Positions 25,869 through 39,032 of a DNA stretch of 64,000 nucleotides are shown piece after piece; within the stretch, counting starts at the first letter, position 1; the number at the start of each line of letters is the position of its first letter. Where the stretch lies: assembly GCF_018350175.1 (NCBI RefSeq), contig NC_058368.1, positions 107,076,001-107,140,000 of the forward strand, in the 5' to 3' direction. The stretch is from Felis catus. Lineage: Eukaryota. Below the pieces are notes generated by a model. It did not search any database, was not told where the DNA came from, and saw only the letters and a program-made list of their open reading frames with translations. A program made the translations under genes and the position numbers.

Positions 25869-25949
25869 ATTCACTGGATGATAACATGTGGCATTTCAGC
25901 TTTTCAGTTCGTAACAAGTGGTTCAATTAGAATGAGATCCTGGCTTGCC

Positions 25950-26211
25950 TTTTTTAAAAAAAATTTAAATCGTTTTTAAAATTTGTTTAATGTTTATTTA
26001 TTTTTAAGAGAGAGAAAGAGAGACAGAGAGACAGAGAGGGAGGAAGGGAGTGGGTGAGGGGAATTGAGAGAGGGAGACACAGAATTGGAAGCAGGCTCCA
26101 GCCTCTGAGCTGCCATCACAGAGCCTGATGCCGGGCTCGAATCCAAGAACCCTGAAATCATGACCTGAGCTGAAGTCGGATGCTTAACCAACTAAGTCAG
26201 CTGGTCGCCCC
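25950..26211 (-). mobile_element. CAN-SINE
   Basis: Full body; TSD cctggcttgc. Confidence 0.95.
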
Positions 26212-26914
26212 CTGGCTTGCTTTTTAATGAAATTTGACTGCCATGTATATTTTTAATTTTACCAATGTAAGTGTTATCTTTTAGTAACCTAGTTCCATAA
26301 TTTAGCTTCTTTTATAAATCCTCTTTTTGGTTGTTTATACTACACTCTTCATTTAATTCATTTATGTGATAAGAGTTCAGTCATCAGTGATTCTTTTCAT
26401 ATGCTTCTCTATTTAAGTGTATTCTTCTGATGTGAAAAACAACTCTGAGAATTCCGCATATAATAATTGGCTTGGTTTTCTTCATAATCACAAATATTTT
26501 TAAACACAGGGCAAAGAAAGAATGTATTTCTGTTGCCCTTGTATTACATGTAGATGTGAACACTTTTCTTTAATCATGTCCCCTTTGGAGTGTCGAGTAC
26601 TATCTTTAAAGCAGTTTGATGAAAATTTGTATCTTGGAGTTTTATTTTGAACAGTTCAGAATTCTTTTAAAATGGGAACAGTTACTGTATTTAATACAAT
26701 ACCTTTCATTCATTCTTGCCAATGTATTTTATGGGTCTCATCAAATCCTAATGTAAATGAAACATTCTCTTTCTAGGCTTTAAAATTTTTATATTAATTT
26801 AATTAAAGCAAAGTCTTAGAAGCAGCTCTCAGTAAGTTCTATAAACCCTAACAGAGTTAAGCTTAATTAGAAGTGTATATACTTTTAGCTTTTGATTTAA
26901 ACATGAAGTTTTCT

Positions 26915-27065
26915 AGCTTCTTAGTGTTTCCTTATCTGATAGAAGCAAAAATGAGGGTAACTCCCTCACAAAGAGGTTTTAAGAATTAAATGGCCTAATG
27001 TAGATAAAGGGATTAACGTAGTACCTGCTGCACAATTACAGACTCAATGAATAGCTTTTATTAAT
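26915..27065 (+). mobile_element. MIR fragment
   Basis: 'tttccttatctg...aaaatgagggtaa...aattaaatg...gtacctg...actcaatgaatagc'. Confidence 0.6.
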
Positions 27066-29383
27066 GGTTACTGTTCATTACAATTTTTTGATTGGAATAA
27101 GAATTTTATTTGTTGTCATTAAATTAACAAGTTAGTAATTTTCCATACCTTTCATATACTGAAGTGTGTGATGCTTTTTAAAATAAAAATGGACTTTTTA
27201 AGATAGAGTTTTAAAAAGACTGTTTTATATATCTACCAAGTTAAAAAGTATAATAAAATAGACATCTTTTGAATACTTTAAGTTGTGCCTTTGGCTCATT
27301 TTTCTTCATTTTCTTCATTTATCAGCCCTGTAACTGTTCCCAGAATGGAAAGATGACATCTTTAGGCTTTGAGTTTCTCATTTAGGTCTCTGGTGCTGTA
27401 CTAAACTGTCATTCTTTTAAATTCATCCTCACAGAGACAATGTGATTCAACCTACTTCATTTCTGCCTTAGTGTTCTTTGTCTTCCTGGAGCCATATTTG
27501 TCAATATTATGAACCTGAACAATGTGATACATTACTTACTGTGAAATAAAATAAGTTTGTGATTTGCTCCATTTTTAGAAGCACATCAGCATTTTTTCTA
27601 CCATATACACTTAGATGAAGCTTAAATATTCTTTGCTCTCTGAAGAAGGTGAAATCTTTTAATTTTTGTCTGATATGGGCTATAAATGATTCTGTTCAAC
27701 ATATACTTATCGAGCAGCAACTATATCCCAGTGTTAGGATCTGTGCGAATGCTAAAACCATGAAAATTGACTCTGGCATGCTCAGGCACCTACAAACTCA
27801 TGTCGAAGTAGTTTATTAAGTGTTAAGGCCAATTCATGCATAAATTGCTAGGAGAATGAGTGTCAGAAAAGTACCTAATCCAGTTTCCAGGAAATGAATT
27901 CAGTCCAAACAACTCTTCAGAAGGTGGACAGATAATTGTATTCAGAATTATCCCTCTGAATTATCACCACATCCTTAGTCATCAGCAGAGATTCACTTGT
28001 GATCATGGTAATTTCCTGAATATTAAACAAAACATCCTAATGCATTTTAGTACAAAAAATTAAGGGTAGTAAACAAGGAGGGTTGTCTGCTCAATGATTA
28101 AGTAGAAAGTGCATCAGTAACCTCATCTCTTGAATGGTATTACTAATCAAGGATTCTCACTTTATTTGGTAGAGACTATCTTAATTCTTAATATATTACA
28201 GTTTTTTATAATACCAATGTGATCGGTTTATTGCCATTTTCTATATTTCAAAAAAAGTTTTCTCGTTAATGAGTTTTCTTTGGTTAAAAACAAATTGGAC
28301 AAAGCTAGAAAATAGATTCTATAAAAAGCTGTAGCAATATTTTTCATTTATTTTATAATTATTTAAATTGCTAAAAATTTGCTTTTATTAAAGTTATGTT
28401 TTTTACAAAGTTTAGTTAATAGACCTTCATATTTAATAATTAAATATTAAAACATTTTAAAATATTTAAAATATTAAATATTAAAGTAAAGAATACAGAA
28501 AACATAAAAGATTGCAACACGCTCTAGAATCCAACTTATGATAGACAGAATTATGTTCATCAGTCTGTTAATAAATTTCTCTGGTCTGTAGTAGGGAATT
28601 CAACATTATGTCCTTAGCAGGGCTGTTTGAAAAATAGAGTAATTCTGTAATACAAAACTTATGTTAAACACGCATCTAATTTAATGATGTATTAATAGAG
28701 ATGCAAAATGTTGTCCTGGTCATATGAAATGAATGCAAAATGTTTTTAATATAATAGAACTTTTTTTTACTAATTGGATCTTAGGACAGATTTTGTGTAA
28801 TTAATAACAGGAGATATTCCTTAATTCATTATGTTAGCTCCCAGGAAATATTTTGGGGGTAGTCTTTTCATTAAAATATACTGGTTTTCTGGTATAGATG
28901 TAATCACTCAGGGTTAAAGAAATGACCTCTCAAGAGAAATAATTATCTTATTCAAAGATATTAGAGATTTAGTGTTGGCTTTAGCTTGGTTTTAGCTACT
29001 CTCAAAAGAAGGCCGCCATGTCAGCTCATTTTTTTTTTCTGGTCACACATTAATTGGCGTGTTTGTGCTATGTATTATTTGACTATAAATCATACTTAAA
29101 TAGTAGCTTAAATAGTAAGAAAAATAAGTAAATATTTTGATAGAAACACTCTTAACATTTGGACTATTTTTTTCTGTTGTTAAATACGTTAGAGAGTTGA
29201 TAACTCTTATAGCTACAATTGTGTACCTTATGTCATTTATTTGAACACCAGCTGAAGATGTCCTCTCTGCCTGTTTCACATCATTCTCAAAATCTCCCTT
29301 TTACCTTACATTGTGCTATGAAGTTTATAATAAGCAGTTGAATTTTTTAGGTGGCTAAAGTTATATCTGTATATACATAGAGA

Positions 29384-29384
<1 letters not shown>

Positions 29385-29410
<26 letters not shown>
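29385..29410. repeat. (TG)n microsatellite
   Basis: About 13 TG units. Confidence 0.95.
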
Positions 29411-29414
<4 letters not shown>

Positions 29415-30444
29415 CTCTTTATATATAGTTATATATATATTTAGTGAAACAAGGAATGCAACATAATTAATTTATAGAAAACTTTATATACATAAGATTA
29501 CATTTGCTTCAAAATGACATTTGGACTCAGGGCTGAAAACAGGTTACTGTCCTTGTCCAGGGAAGTGCACTTTTCTGATAATGGCATATTGTTCCCTGAA
29601 TTTGGATGAGTAATGGCACCAGAGCCATTTTATGTGTGAGTCCAGATCTTTAGATTCTTTTAATCCCATTTAACTCAGGATGAGGAATACACAGGATGAA
29701 AGCATTATTGATAAAAGGCATACTTTGATCATTCATCTGAAAGATTAACATTATTTTCTTTTACCTTACCTTCCTTATCTTGATATGCCTTTCTCAAGCA
29801 GACCTATTTATAAACGCTGTTAAAGAATCAGGCAGTGGTAAGGATGGCCATGAAGCCCCCTTAGCTTTCATAGAATATTCTAGAATTATTCTTTTTTGTG
29901 TGGATGACATTGTTAGCTTCACATCTCAGAACATGTGAGTTCATCTCTATGTTAGAAAGCGGAAGGACTGCTGTGGATTCTGCTTATTCTATGTCACTGT
30001 GTTTCATGCTTTGTCTCATATATACACTCACATATATGAGTGTATATAACCTCCACACATAAGTAATGGACTGATACTGACTGTATTCTCATGGTGTTGC
30101 ACAAAAATTATGTCATATCCCCCTTTACCCTTCCAAGTCCTCACTTTCACTTGAAAAAGCCCGTTTCCAAAAAGAGGATTAATTATATTAGCATTTTAAG
30201 AACATGTATAAAAATACCTAATGAAAAACAAAGCAAAAGGGGCATATGGAGAAGAAATCTTCTTATAATTTAATGCCACAAATAATAAAACTTCTTTTAC
30301 TTATTATGTATTAATTTTGAAAGGTAAAAATACACACTTATTACATTTTAAAAAATTTCTTTAAAATCCAGAGCAGGACTTCTCATTTATACCTAATTTA
30401 GGGTGTAATTTTGGTAAACTTTCAGGATAATTAAGCAGGTGTTT

Positions 30445-30530
30445 TAATTAGTTTTGTTCAGGGTTATATCCCCAGCACCTAGAACAGAGCCTGGCACGTA
30501 GTAGGTGTTCGAGAAATATTAATAAATGAA
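30445..30530 (+). mobile_element. L2 3' end
   Basis: 'tatatccccagcacctagaacagagcctggcacgtagtaggtgttc' canonical L2 terminus. Confidence 0.85.
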
Positions 30531-30906
30531 CACATTATGTATATTCTGTTAGAATTGCCACTTGTGTGTCATTGTGTGGGTCAATCAAGTCAAAGATTCT
30601 GCCATTCTCAGATACTCTATTCTTAAGAAAGAGCTCTGATCTTCTGCAGTAATTTTAACTACTATTCAAGATTTTAGAAAGTGTGGAAGTATATAAATCC
30701 ATGGTATAGAATTTAAATCAGTGAAGGAGCTTAAAACCTGTACTTTTGTACCAACATAGTTAGAGGGGCCCCTTATCCCCCCTGGAAGGGCAACTTGGAA
30801 CATTTCTCCATACTGTTTCACATCTGGCCTATTTCACACAGCTGCATTTCAGTGAGGGATGCCTCCAGAATAAAAGTACTTGCACATTAAAAGAGTTTGA
30901 AGTACA

Positions 30907-31133
30907 GGGCCTCCTGGGTGGCTCGCTTGGTTAAGTATCCACTTCGGCTCAGGTCATGATCTCATAGTTTGTGGGTTCGAGCCCCATGTCAGGCTCTGTG
31001 CTGACAGCTCAGAGCCTGGAACCTGCTTTGGATTCTGTGTCTCCCTCTCTCTCTGTCCTCCTTTGGCTTGTGCTCAGTCTCTCTCTGTCTCTCAAAAATA
31101 AATAAACATTAAAAAAATTTGTTTAATAAAAAA
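30907..31133 (+). mobile_element. CAN-SINE
   Basis: Full body; TSD aaaagagtttgaagtaca / aaaagattttgaagtaca. Confidence 0.96.
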
Positions 31134-31660
31134 AAGATTTTGAAGTACAGTAAAATCTACTTGGAATAATTGATAATCCTCATGCTTTGTAACAATTTAG
31201 CCCTAAAGCTTCATCATTAAGAAGCAAACCAGAAAAAGTATGTCATTGAAGGAAGAAAGCAGCAAGATTAAGAATTATTTCAGGTAGATTTTATTAGATT
31301 TTAGAACCCATAGCATGATTCTGAAGGATACTACTGTGTTTTATATGTAAATATTTACTATTTGTGATATATTATTATTATTATCAAATATTTATACAAT
31401 CATGGTCATTTTTAAAACTAGCAAACTGTTCATTAAATAAAGTACATCAAGTTAACTTGAATAAAAACACTGTGACATCCAGGGTGGTCAACTTGCAGAA
31501 ACTCTTTTTTTGTCTCACATCAAGTTTTATATAAAATTGGTGTGCCACAGTGGAAAACAACATGTAGATTAAATAACAACAACAAAAAGAGATTTTGACT
31601 AGCATTGTTTGCTCAGTTTTTTTCTGTTAAATGAGGCAGTAGTTAAGAACACAGGCTTGG

Positions 31661-31818
31661 GGGGCACCTGGGTGGCTCAGTCACTTAGGTGTTCCACTTT
31701 AGCTCATGTCATGATATCACGTTTCGTGGGTTCGAGCCACGCATCGGGCTCTGCTCCAGAGGTGCGGAGCCTGCTTGGGATTTTCTTGCCCTCTCTCTCT
31801 GCCCTTTCCCCCACTTGT

Positions 31819-31854
<36 letters not shown>

Positions 31855-31891
31855 AATAAATAAATAAACTTTAAAAAAAACACTTAAAAAA
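31661..31891 (+). mobile_element. CAN-SINE inserted in a MIR
   Basis: Full body; TSD aagaacacaggcttgg / aagagcgcacgcttgg. Confidence 0.95.
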
Positions 31892-31919
31892 AAGAGCGCA
31901 CGCTTGGAAACTTAAACTA

Positions 31920-32020
31920 TGGTACCTCAGTTTATCATCCGTAAAATGGGAGTAATTATAGTGCTATCTTCATAGGATTGTTTGTGATTTAGTGATTTAA
32001 TGTAGGTAAAATATTTAGAG
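31920..32020 (+). mobile_element. MIR core
   Basis: 'cctcagtttatcatccgtaaaatgggagtaat...cttcataggattgtt'. Confidence 0.8.
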
Positions 32021-32185
32021 CAGGATTCAGAAAACTTTTTCTGTAAAGGAACAGACTGTAGATATTTTAGGCCTGTGCACCTCCTGCACTCCATCGTTGT
32101 GGTTTTCAGGCAGTGTAGATAATCCCTAAATGAATGAATGTGTTTTTTTCCCAGTAAAAATGTATTTACCAAAACAGGTAATCCA
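32021..32185 (+). mobile_element. MER58A-like hAT DNA transposon relic
   Basis: 'aaactttttctgtaaaggga...atattttaggc...tatttaccaaaacagg' matches MER58A as I recall it. Confidence 0.8.
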
Positions 32186-32658
32186 AGTGTCAAAGATTGC
32201 AGACAGTTAGTATAAAATAGTGCTTAAGAAGGAAGGTATAAACAGAGAATGCTGACAAATGCAATGGTATTAGCATCAAATGTATATCAGGTGTGGCAGG
32301 TACTCAGTAAAAACTTACTGAATAAATAAAAAAATATTGCTTAATACATAATCAGATTTCTAAAGGATTAGGTATTTTATCCCACCTTTTGAAGTTTTTT
32401 ATCATTTAACCTATCATGGACACGCAGAATTCTCAATGTATAATGAAGTATCATATTTGAAAATCTATTTTTTTAAAGAAAAATACCAAATGATTATAAT
32501 GTGAAATAATGTCTGAAAATTTCTGGTGGTAAACCCTCAAGTTAGTTGAAGGATATGATTTGGAAATTTTATTAAGATAAATGGAATTGGCTTAAAGACA
32601 TTCAATGATTTGGATCAAGTCCAGCTGGGAAGCAGCAGCAATAGGTGCTAAAGGGACG

Positions 32659-32767
32659 GTGTGTATGCGTGTGTGTGTGTGCACATGCGTGCATGTGTGT
32701 GTGTGTGTGTGCGTGTGTGTGTGCGCGCACATGCGTGCATGTGTGTGTGTGTGCGTGTGTGTGCACA
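32659..32767. repeat. Compound alternating purine-pyrimidine microsatellite
   Basis: 109 nt of unbroken RY alternation (TG/CG/CA/TA). Confidence 0.97.
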
Positions 32768-33094
32768 ACCCTGCCTTCTTGTTCTGTGGTTTTTCTACCA
32801 GCCTGTCTTAAGTATGATTGGATTCAGAATGTCTACCCTTTAGCCAAAGAGAAATTGAATATGAAGACAGAAAAAAAATTGAATATAAAGCATTGTGCTT
32901 ATTTGAAATTGGGTAGATAATATATTGTCAACTCAAACTTCCAATTTTATAGACCTTAACTTCACTATCTGATTGTACCTGACTTATTGCTAAAAATATT
33001 ACCTCAGTCTCATTTATATCAAGGTTGGATTCATGCAGTCAAACTTCATTTGTTTATGCAGTTGTGATTTTCACTTATATTCATTTATTTCTGG

Positions 33095-33800
33095 CCTCAT
33101 TTGTTCATTGATTCATTTAGTAATAATTTTGTTGAGTACCTTCTCTAGAATAGGATATGATGACAATAAGATGAAAAAGAGAGAGAGAGAGAAAGAGAAA
33201 GAACAGTCCCAGAAATCAGGGTGTTTACAGTAGAATAGTGACAATAGAGAAGCAGTAGGGTGATGACATCATAGTTGACAAAGGTACCATAGAAAGACAC
33301 CTAGAGGGCTGTAAATGTGCAGGAGAGAGCACACAATCTAGCCTTCCCCAGGAGTTGCCAGCTAAGCTAAGACCTAGTAGATAGGTTCTTAGCAGGTTTA
33401 AGGATGCCTGGAAGGGTGTTTCAAACAGATGGAACATCAAGGCAAGAGAGCACAGGGGGACATCACGTAGCTCACTAGGGGCGAGTAACAGCACAGGGAG
33501 CTAGAGAGGTTGTTGGTTTCTGTGGGTGTAATTACAGGGATGGTGACCACAGCATTTAAGTTGGGGAATAGCATGATTGTACTTACCCTTTATCTGTGGG
33601 TGGGGGGAGAGGAGGTTGATTGGAGGCAGATGAGTATGAAGGTTGACAAATTAAGGGTCTTGGAGTAGTAATCCAGGTGGAGGATGATGCCAGCTTGGAC
33701 TTCTAAAGGGAAATTTAGGAGGCAGAGTTAAAAGATTGAGGGTAGATTCAGAGTGGGAAAGGAATGTTTAGATAGAATCAGGATAACATAGATTTCTGGC
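33095..33800 (-). mobile_element. L2 fragment
   Basis: Starts 'catttgttcattgattcatttagtaataattttgttgagtacc'; purine-rich body with 'gtaatccaggtggaggatgatg'. Confidence 0.7.
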
Positions 33801-34002
33801 TCTTTTTTAGGTTTGGCACCTTCAGTGTGAAATTTCAACATACATTAATTATTATACTATGTATTGATTCACAAACTAATGATAATGTTAATGTGTTCAA
33901 GATTTGGTTCCTTGGATAGTGTAACAGTAATAAACACTAGATGAGGTGTTGAGATCTGATCAACAAGCTTCTGAGTTCTTCTATAAGTTGAATTGTAATC
34001 AG

Positions 34003-34056
34003 TTTTTTTTTTTATTTTTTTTTAACATTTATTTTTGAGACAGAGACAGAGCATGA
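34003..34056 (-). mobile_element. CAN-SINE 3' fragment
   Basis: T-tail plus tttgagacagagacagagcatgaa only. Confidence 0.85.
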
Positions 34057-34788
34057 ATGTTAGGTTAGGTTATCCTGCCATTGTTAACAGTGGTGAAATT
34101 TGGATTTTGAAGTAATGTTACTGGGAAGCAGCCATAGGTAATAGATTTCACATAGCATGGGCAGTCTGTCACTGGATGAAGAATTAAGAGGAAGAGTAAA
34201 AAGAGAAGGAAGAGGAGAAGGGGAAGGGTCTTGATTCAGACTGGGAATCAGGGAAGCAGGTAATTCTTAGTCCTTAGATTAAAAAAAAGAATGCAAGGAA
34301 TAATGTTGTCCCAGGGATTTTAGGGGAAATGAAATTGCTTCTTGGAACTGTCTAAATAGCTGTACTGTGTTTAATGTGTTCCCTGTGTCTAGAGTATATA
34401 GATAGACTCATAGCACAAACTACTCTTTGTTACTCCAGTTCATTCTAAGAAGCATTGGAAATAGTCAAGGATGAAGAAAGAAAATTAATTAAAGTTGTTT
34501 TGTAGCTTTGCTTTGAAGAGTTCTGGGCCCTTCTTCCGCAGTTTAGACCCAACATGTGAACGTGTAGGCCACCTTGCTAAAACTGAAAACTTGGAAGCAT
34601 TCTCTTCCAGGATGTTATACACGTTTGCTAAGGCACACACTTTCTTTACCTTTAAATCACATACAACCATAAAAGCAAATTAAAATCTAACTAGAGTTCA
34701 ATAGTACATTACCTTGGCATCCTAACAAATGATTTCCTTGATTAAACAACATGTTTTTTTCTTAAGAATAAGAATATCTCCTCTACTC

Positions 34789-34828
<40 letters not shown>

Positions 34829-35025
34829 TGTTTATTATTATTTTTTTTTGAGAGAGAGAGAGAGAGAATGTGAGTGGGGGGAGGGGAAGAGAGAGAGGGA
34901 GACACAATATGAAGCAGGCTCCAGGCTCTGAGCTGTCAACACAGAGCCCGACGTAAGTCTCAAACTCACAAACCGCTAGATTATGACCTGAACTGAAGTT
35001 GGACACTTAACCAAGTGAGCCATCC
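34789..35025 (-). mobile_element. CAN-SINE with (TTTA)n tail, extreme 5' end missing
   Basis: SINE body ends at gagccatcc. Confidence 0.93.
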
Positions 35026-36252
35026 TATTAATTTTTTCATAGCATTTGATTTTATATAAACTTTTCAGTTGGAAACCAGAAATCATGGACTTACTGTTGT
35101 TTTTTACCTTCCAAAATGGTGCTGAAGTAAGCTACAAAAACAACATAATGTATGTAATGGAAAGAAACTGACCTTCTTTGGTACTTAAAGATTTTGTCTT
35201 AAGTTCTTGAACACATTTCACATACTCTAGATTTTCAAATGGACTGCATTTGTATACCATCCCTGTGAAGCAAGGAAGCGATCTTGATGTCTGTTATTTG
35301 ACAGTATTATAAGTAGAGGAGGTGGATTGTGATCAGTAGTCCTGACCCTTCAATATATCCTGTGTTTTATGGCTGCAGCAATCATTTGTAGTTGCTGTCG
35401 CCTTTTGTGGCTTTGGCTTTGAAATCTCTGATCTGCCAAAATGTTTTGCTTGAAAGAGCCAAGCCATTTTTAATTGTAACATGTTCTATTTGACACAATT
35501 TCCTAGTAAGTCCTCAGTTATGTCAAATTTTGCTCTAAAGCAGTAGTCCTACGTTTAAATTTTCACACATATTCTTATATTATTATTATTATTTTTTTTT
35601 ATTATTGTAATAGATAAAATAAGTTTAGTTCCGTGCTTTGAGTGTTGGTGTGTTTTATGTTGTGTTTTCAGTGTTTGGAATAACAAACTTCTGTTCACTG
35701 ATTTGGGGCTCAGAATTGTGTTCTGAATATTGTATAAATGTCACATAATTTTCATCCTGACTATTAGAAGTAGTTTCTGTTATATGCTGTTTCAGATGGG
35801 AAAGATAAGCTCAGAAAGTTTAAGTGACTTGCTCAAGTTTAGATGGCAAATTATATTTGTTTGAATCCGGATTCTGGTTCTTGATCATTCATTCTGACTC
35901 CAGTATTTAGCCACATTACTGTCTAGCCTTGCATGTTATACATAAGAGATGAATTACTGGATTCTACTCCTGAAGTCAAGATTATACTGTATGTCAACTA
36001 ACTTGAGAATAAATTTTAAAAATCTTTTAAAAATTAAAAAAAAGGATGATCTTATTCCAAAGCATATGTGTACATTAAAAAAAAAAGGGCACATTAATAG
36101 AGGTTATAGATATTGCTTTTAGACACTGAAAGTGCATGAAGAAATTTCCAACTGTAGTAAATAGCCCCTTTTCAGGGCTACAGTTCACAGGTTGGAAAAC
36201 CCTGGATTTGTTTGTTTAGGATTTTTTTTCTTTTATTCCCCTTTATCTTTAC

Positions 36253-36326
36253 TCCTTCCTTCCTTCCTTCCTTCCTTCCTTCCTTCCTTCCTTCCTTCCT
36301 TCCTTCCTTCCTTCCTTCCTTCCTTC
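36253..36326. repeat. (TTCC)n tetranucleotide microsatellite
   Basis: About 18 perfect units. Confidence 0.98.
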
Positions 36327-36419
36327 TTTTCCTCTTTCTCTCACTCTCCATCCCTCCCCTGCCACCCCAACTTTTTCTCTCTCTTAACTTCTAGCTATAG
36401 AACATCGAACTTTAAAACT

Positions 36420-36605
36420 AAATAGACCTCATGTCAGCGCTTGGTTTTCCTCTTCTATCCTATGAATTTTGAGAAAGTTACTGAACTGCCCTGAAACTCA
36501 GTTTTCCCATCTTGAAAAGGGGTAATAGTACCTTTGTCAGAATAATTTCAGTGTAAATGATTTTGTGTCTGAGAAGTGCCTAACCATAGTAGCTGTTGTT
36601 ATTGT
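36420..36605 (+). mobile_element. MIR fragment
   Basis: 'aagttactgaactgccctgaaactcagttttcccatcttgaaaaggggtaatagtacc'. Confidence 0.75.
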
Positions 36606-37556
36606 GATTAAATCTTGTTATTATTGTCCATATTATTACTTCAGGTCACACTGGAGCCTCACTTTCAATGCTGCTGTCATTGATACACTCAACCAGTGCA
36701 GCCTGATGGCCTTGTCATTGCTTTATGCTTTAGAGCTGATGGAATCGTTTGCTTATAAGATCTTTTGAGAAACTGTTATTTCATACATCTGTCTGTAAAT
36801 CTCCTAACAAATTATACAAGATGCCCAGTGGAATTATGGTGGCATTTGTTACACTCACAGTCCTGGAGTTGTTTGGATTTGTAGTTATGTTTATTTTTCC
36901 ATCTTCCTACATTTTTAAATGTAGAACTTAATGCCAGCAACAGTTTCTCTCTTCCAACCAATATAGTGGATTTCTTGATTTGTTTCCTGGTTCATTGCTA
37001 GACAGAACTTGTTTTAAAATGCACAGCCAAGTTCTGTCTTGATGAATGTCATAGATAAGTTTCATGTGGTCAAGTTTTTGCGGAAGAGGCCTTCTAAACT
37101 AGACTGGATGTTCCAAACACATAGCAATTATTATTAATGATAAACAAATAGCAGTTCTAAAGTCTGCCATCACCAGTACACAAAGTCACGTGTACATACA
37201 CATTACATCATTGACTTTATTTTCTTTTCTTTATAGCATTTATCATGTATATAACAATCTTATTTGTTTACTTGTCTATGATGTATCTTTCTTGCCATAC
37301 TCAAAAAACCATAAATGTATTTATTGAATATGATTTCAATATCCCCATTGCAAACCACATTTCCTGAATTTACATTTATATTTACATTTACATCAGTTTT
37401 TTAAATTAAAGTGATGAATGAAACCTGTAAACTCCCTATATCTGGCTGTTTGTCTTTCTTGAATAATACTGGCATGAACCTGTGATGATTGAACCGTATC
37501 AATGGACACATTTCTCAGACGAGTTGAAGCATATTTTAAAAATTCTAGCTCTTTTG

Positions 37557-38572
37557 CATTTTTTTTTGCAGAACTAGAACGAACATTCCTAAAATTTGTA
37601 TGGAGCTGCAAGAGACTCTGAATAGCTACAGCCATCTTGAAAAAGTAAAGCAAAACTGGAGGCATCACAATTCCAGACTTCAAGTTATATTACAAAGTTT
37701 TAGTCATCAAAACAGTATGGTACTGGCACAAAAATAGACATATAGGTCAATAGAATAGAACAGAAAATTCAGAAATAAACCCATAATTACATGGTCAGTT
37801 AATTTACAACAAAGGAGGCAAGAATCTGCAACGGAAAACAGATAGTCTTCTCAAGAAATGGTGTTGGGAAAACTGGATATCTATGTGCAAAAAAAAAAAA
37901 AAACAATGAAACTCAACCACCTTTTTTACACCATAAACAAAAATAAACTCAAAATGGATTAAAGACCTAAATGTGATTCCTGAAACCATAAAAATTGTGG
38001 AAGAGAACACAGGCAATAATTTCTCTGACGTCATTTGTAGCAACATTTTTCTAGATATGTCTCCAAGGCAAGAGAAACAAAAGCAAAAATAAGCTATTGG
38101 GACTACAGCTAAATAAAAACTTCTATACAGAAAAGGAAACAATCAACCAAACTGAAAAACATCCTAATGAATGGTAGAAGATATTTACAAAGGATATATC
38201 TGATAAAGAGTTAGTACCAGTCAGACAAATACCAGTCAGACAAATACCATACGATTTCACTCATATGTGGATTTTAAGATACAAATGAACAAAGAAAAAA
38301 AAAAGACAGAAACCAAAAAACAGACTCCTCACTATAAAGAATAAACAGATGGTTACCAGAGGGAAGGTAGGTGGGAATATGGGCGAAATAGGTGAACAGG
38401 ATTAAGAGTACATTTAAGAGCACTAAAGGATGCATGGAACTGTTCAATCACTATAGTATATACCTGAAAATAAAACTGTACGTTAACTATACTGGAGTTA
38501 AAATTAGAAAAATAATTGTGATATAAGTCACATGCAACAGAACATAAAAATGTTGAGTGTAAAAAAAAAACA
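37557..38572 (+). mobile_element. 5'-truncated carnivore L1 with internal deletion
   Basis: ORF2 C-terminal region, 3' UTR and A-tail; TSD tctagctcttttg at 37544-37556 and 38580-38592. Confidence 0.93.
37571..38214 (+). pseudogene. Disabled L1 ORF2p fragment (region downstream of the RT domain)
   Basis: Manual translation from 37571: [60 protein letters not shown], matching the ORF2p motif [19 protein letters not shown]; contains in-frame stops. Confidence 0.92.
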
Positions 38573-39032
38573 AAAAACGTCTAGCTCTTTTGTTTCATTC
38601 TCAAGGATGACTTTTTTGAACAAGTTAAAGAAAACCAGACTAGCTCTCTGTCTGTTCAATATATGCCGTATATATGACTGATAGATGGCACCAGCTCATC
38701 CTTTCTCAGATGGTAAAGTTCTAGCCATAATGATAACTGTTTAATACGACTTTTCTCAAGCTAGGTTTTTTCTTTTCATTAAAAAAGCTATCCATGCATA
38801 GTTTTTAAAAATTAAACAAAAACTGTATGATGTCATGAATGTGTTTTTGCCACTTCAGGCTCTTTGACTTCATGCCCAGAAGTAATCAATTATTTAATGT
38901 GCAGTAATTTAACAGTAAAATATTTAGAAACATTTTACTCTTATGCTAGCGTCTGCATGTGTGTGTATACTTAAATGAATACTACCTTTGCTGTGAACCC
39001 CTTAGTTACTTTTCCCCATTTATAAGTATGTA

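Noticed and set aside
34058..34072. Interstitial telomere repeat
   Set aside because: Only about 2.5 TTAGG units, not vertebrate TTAGGG
37393..38142. Minus-strand ORFs of 96 and 112 aa
   Set aside because: Antisense frames of the decayed L1 ORF2
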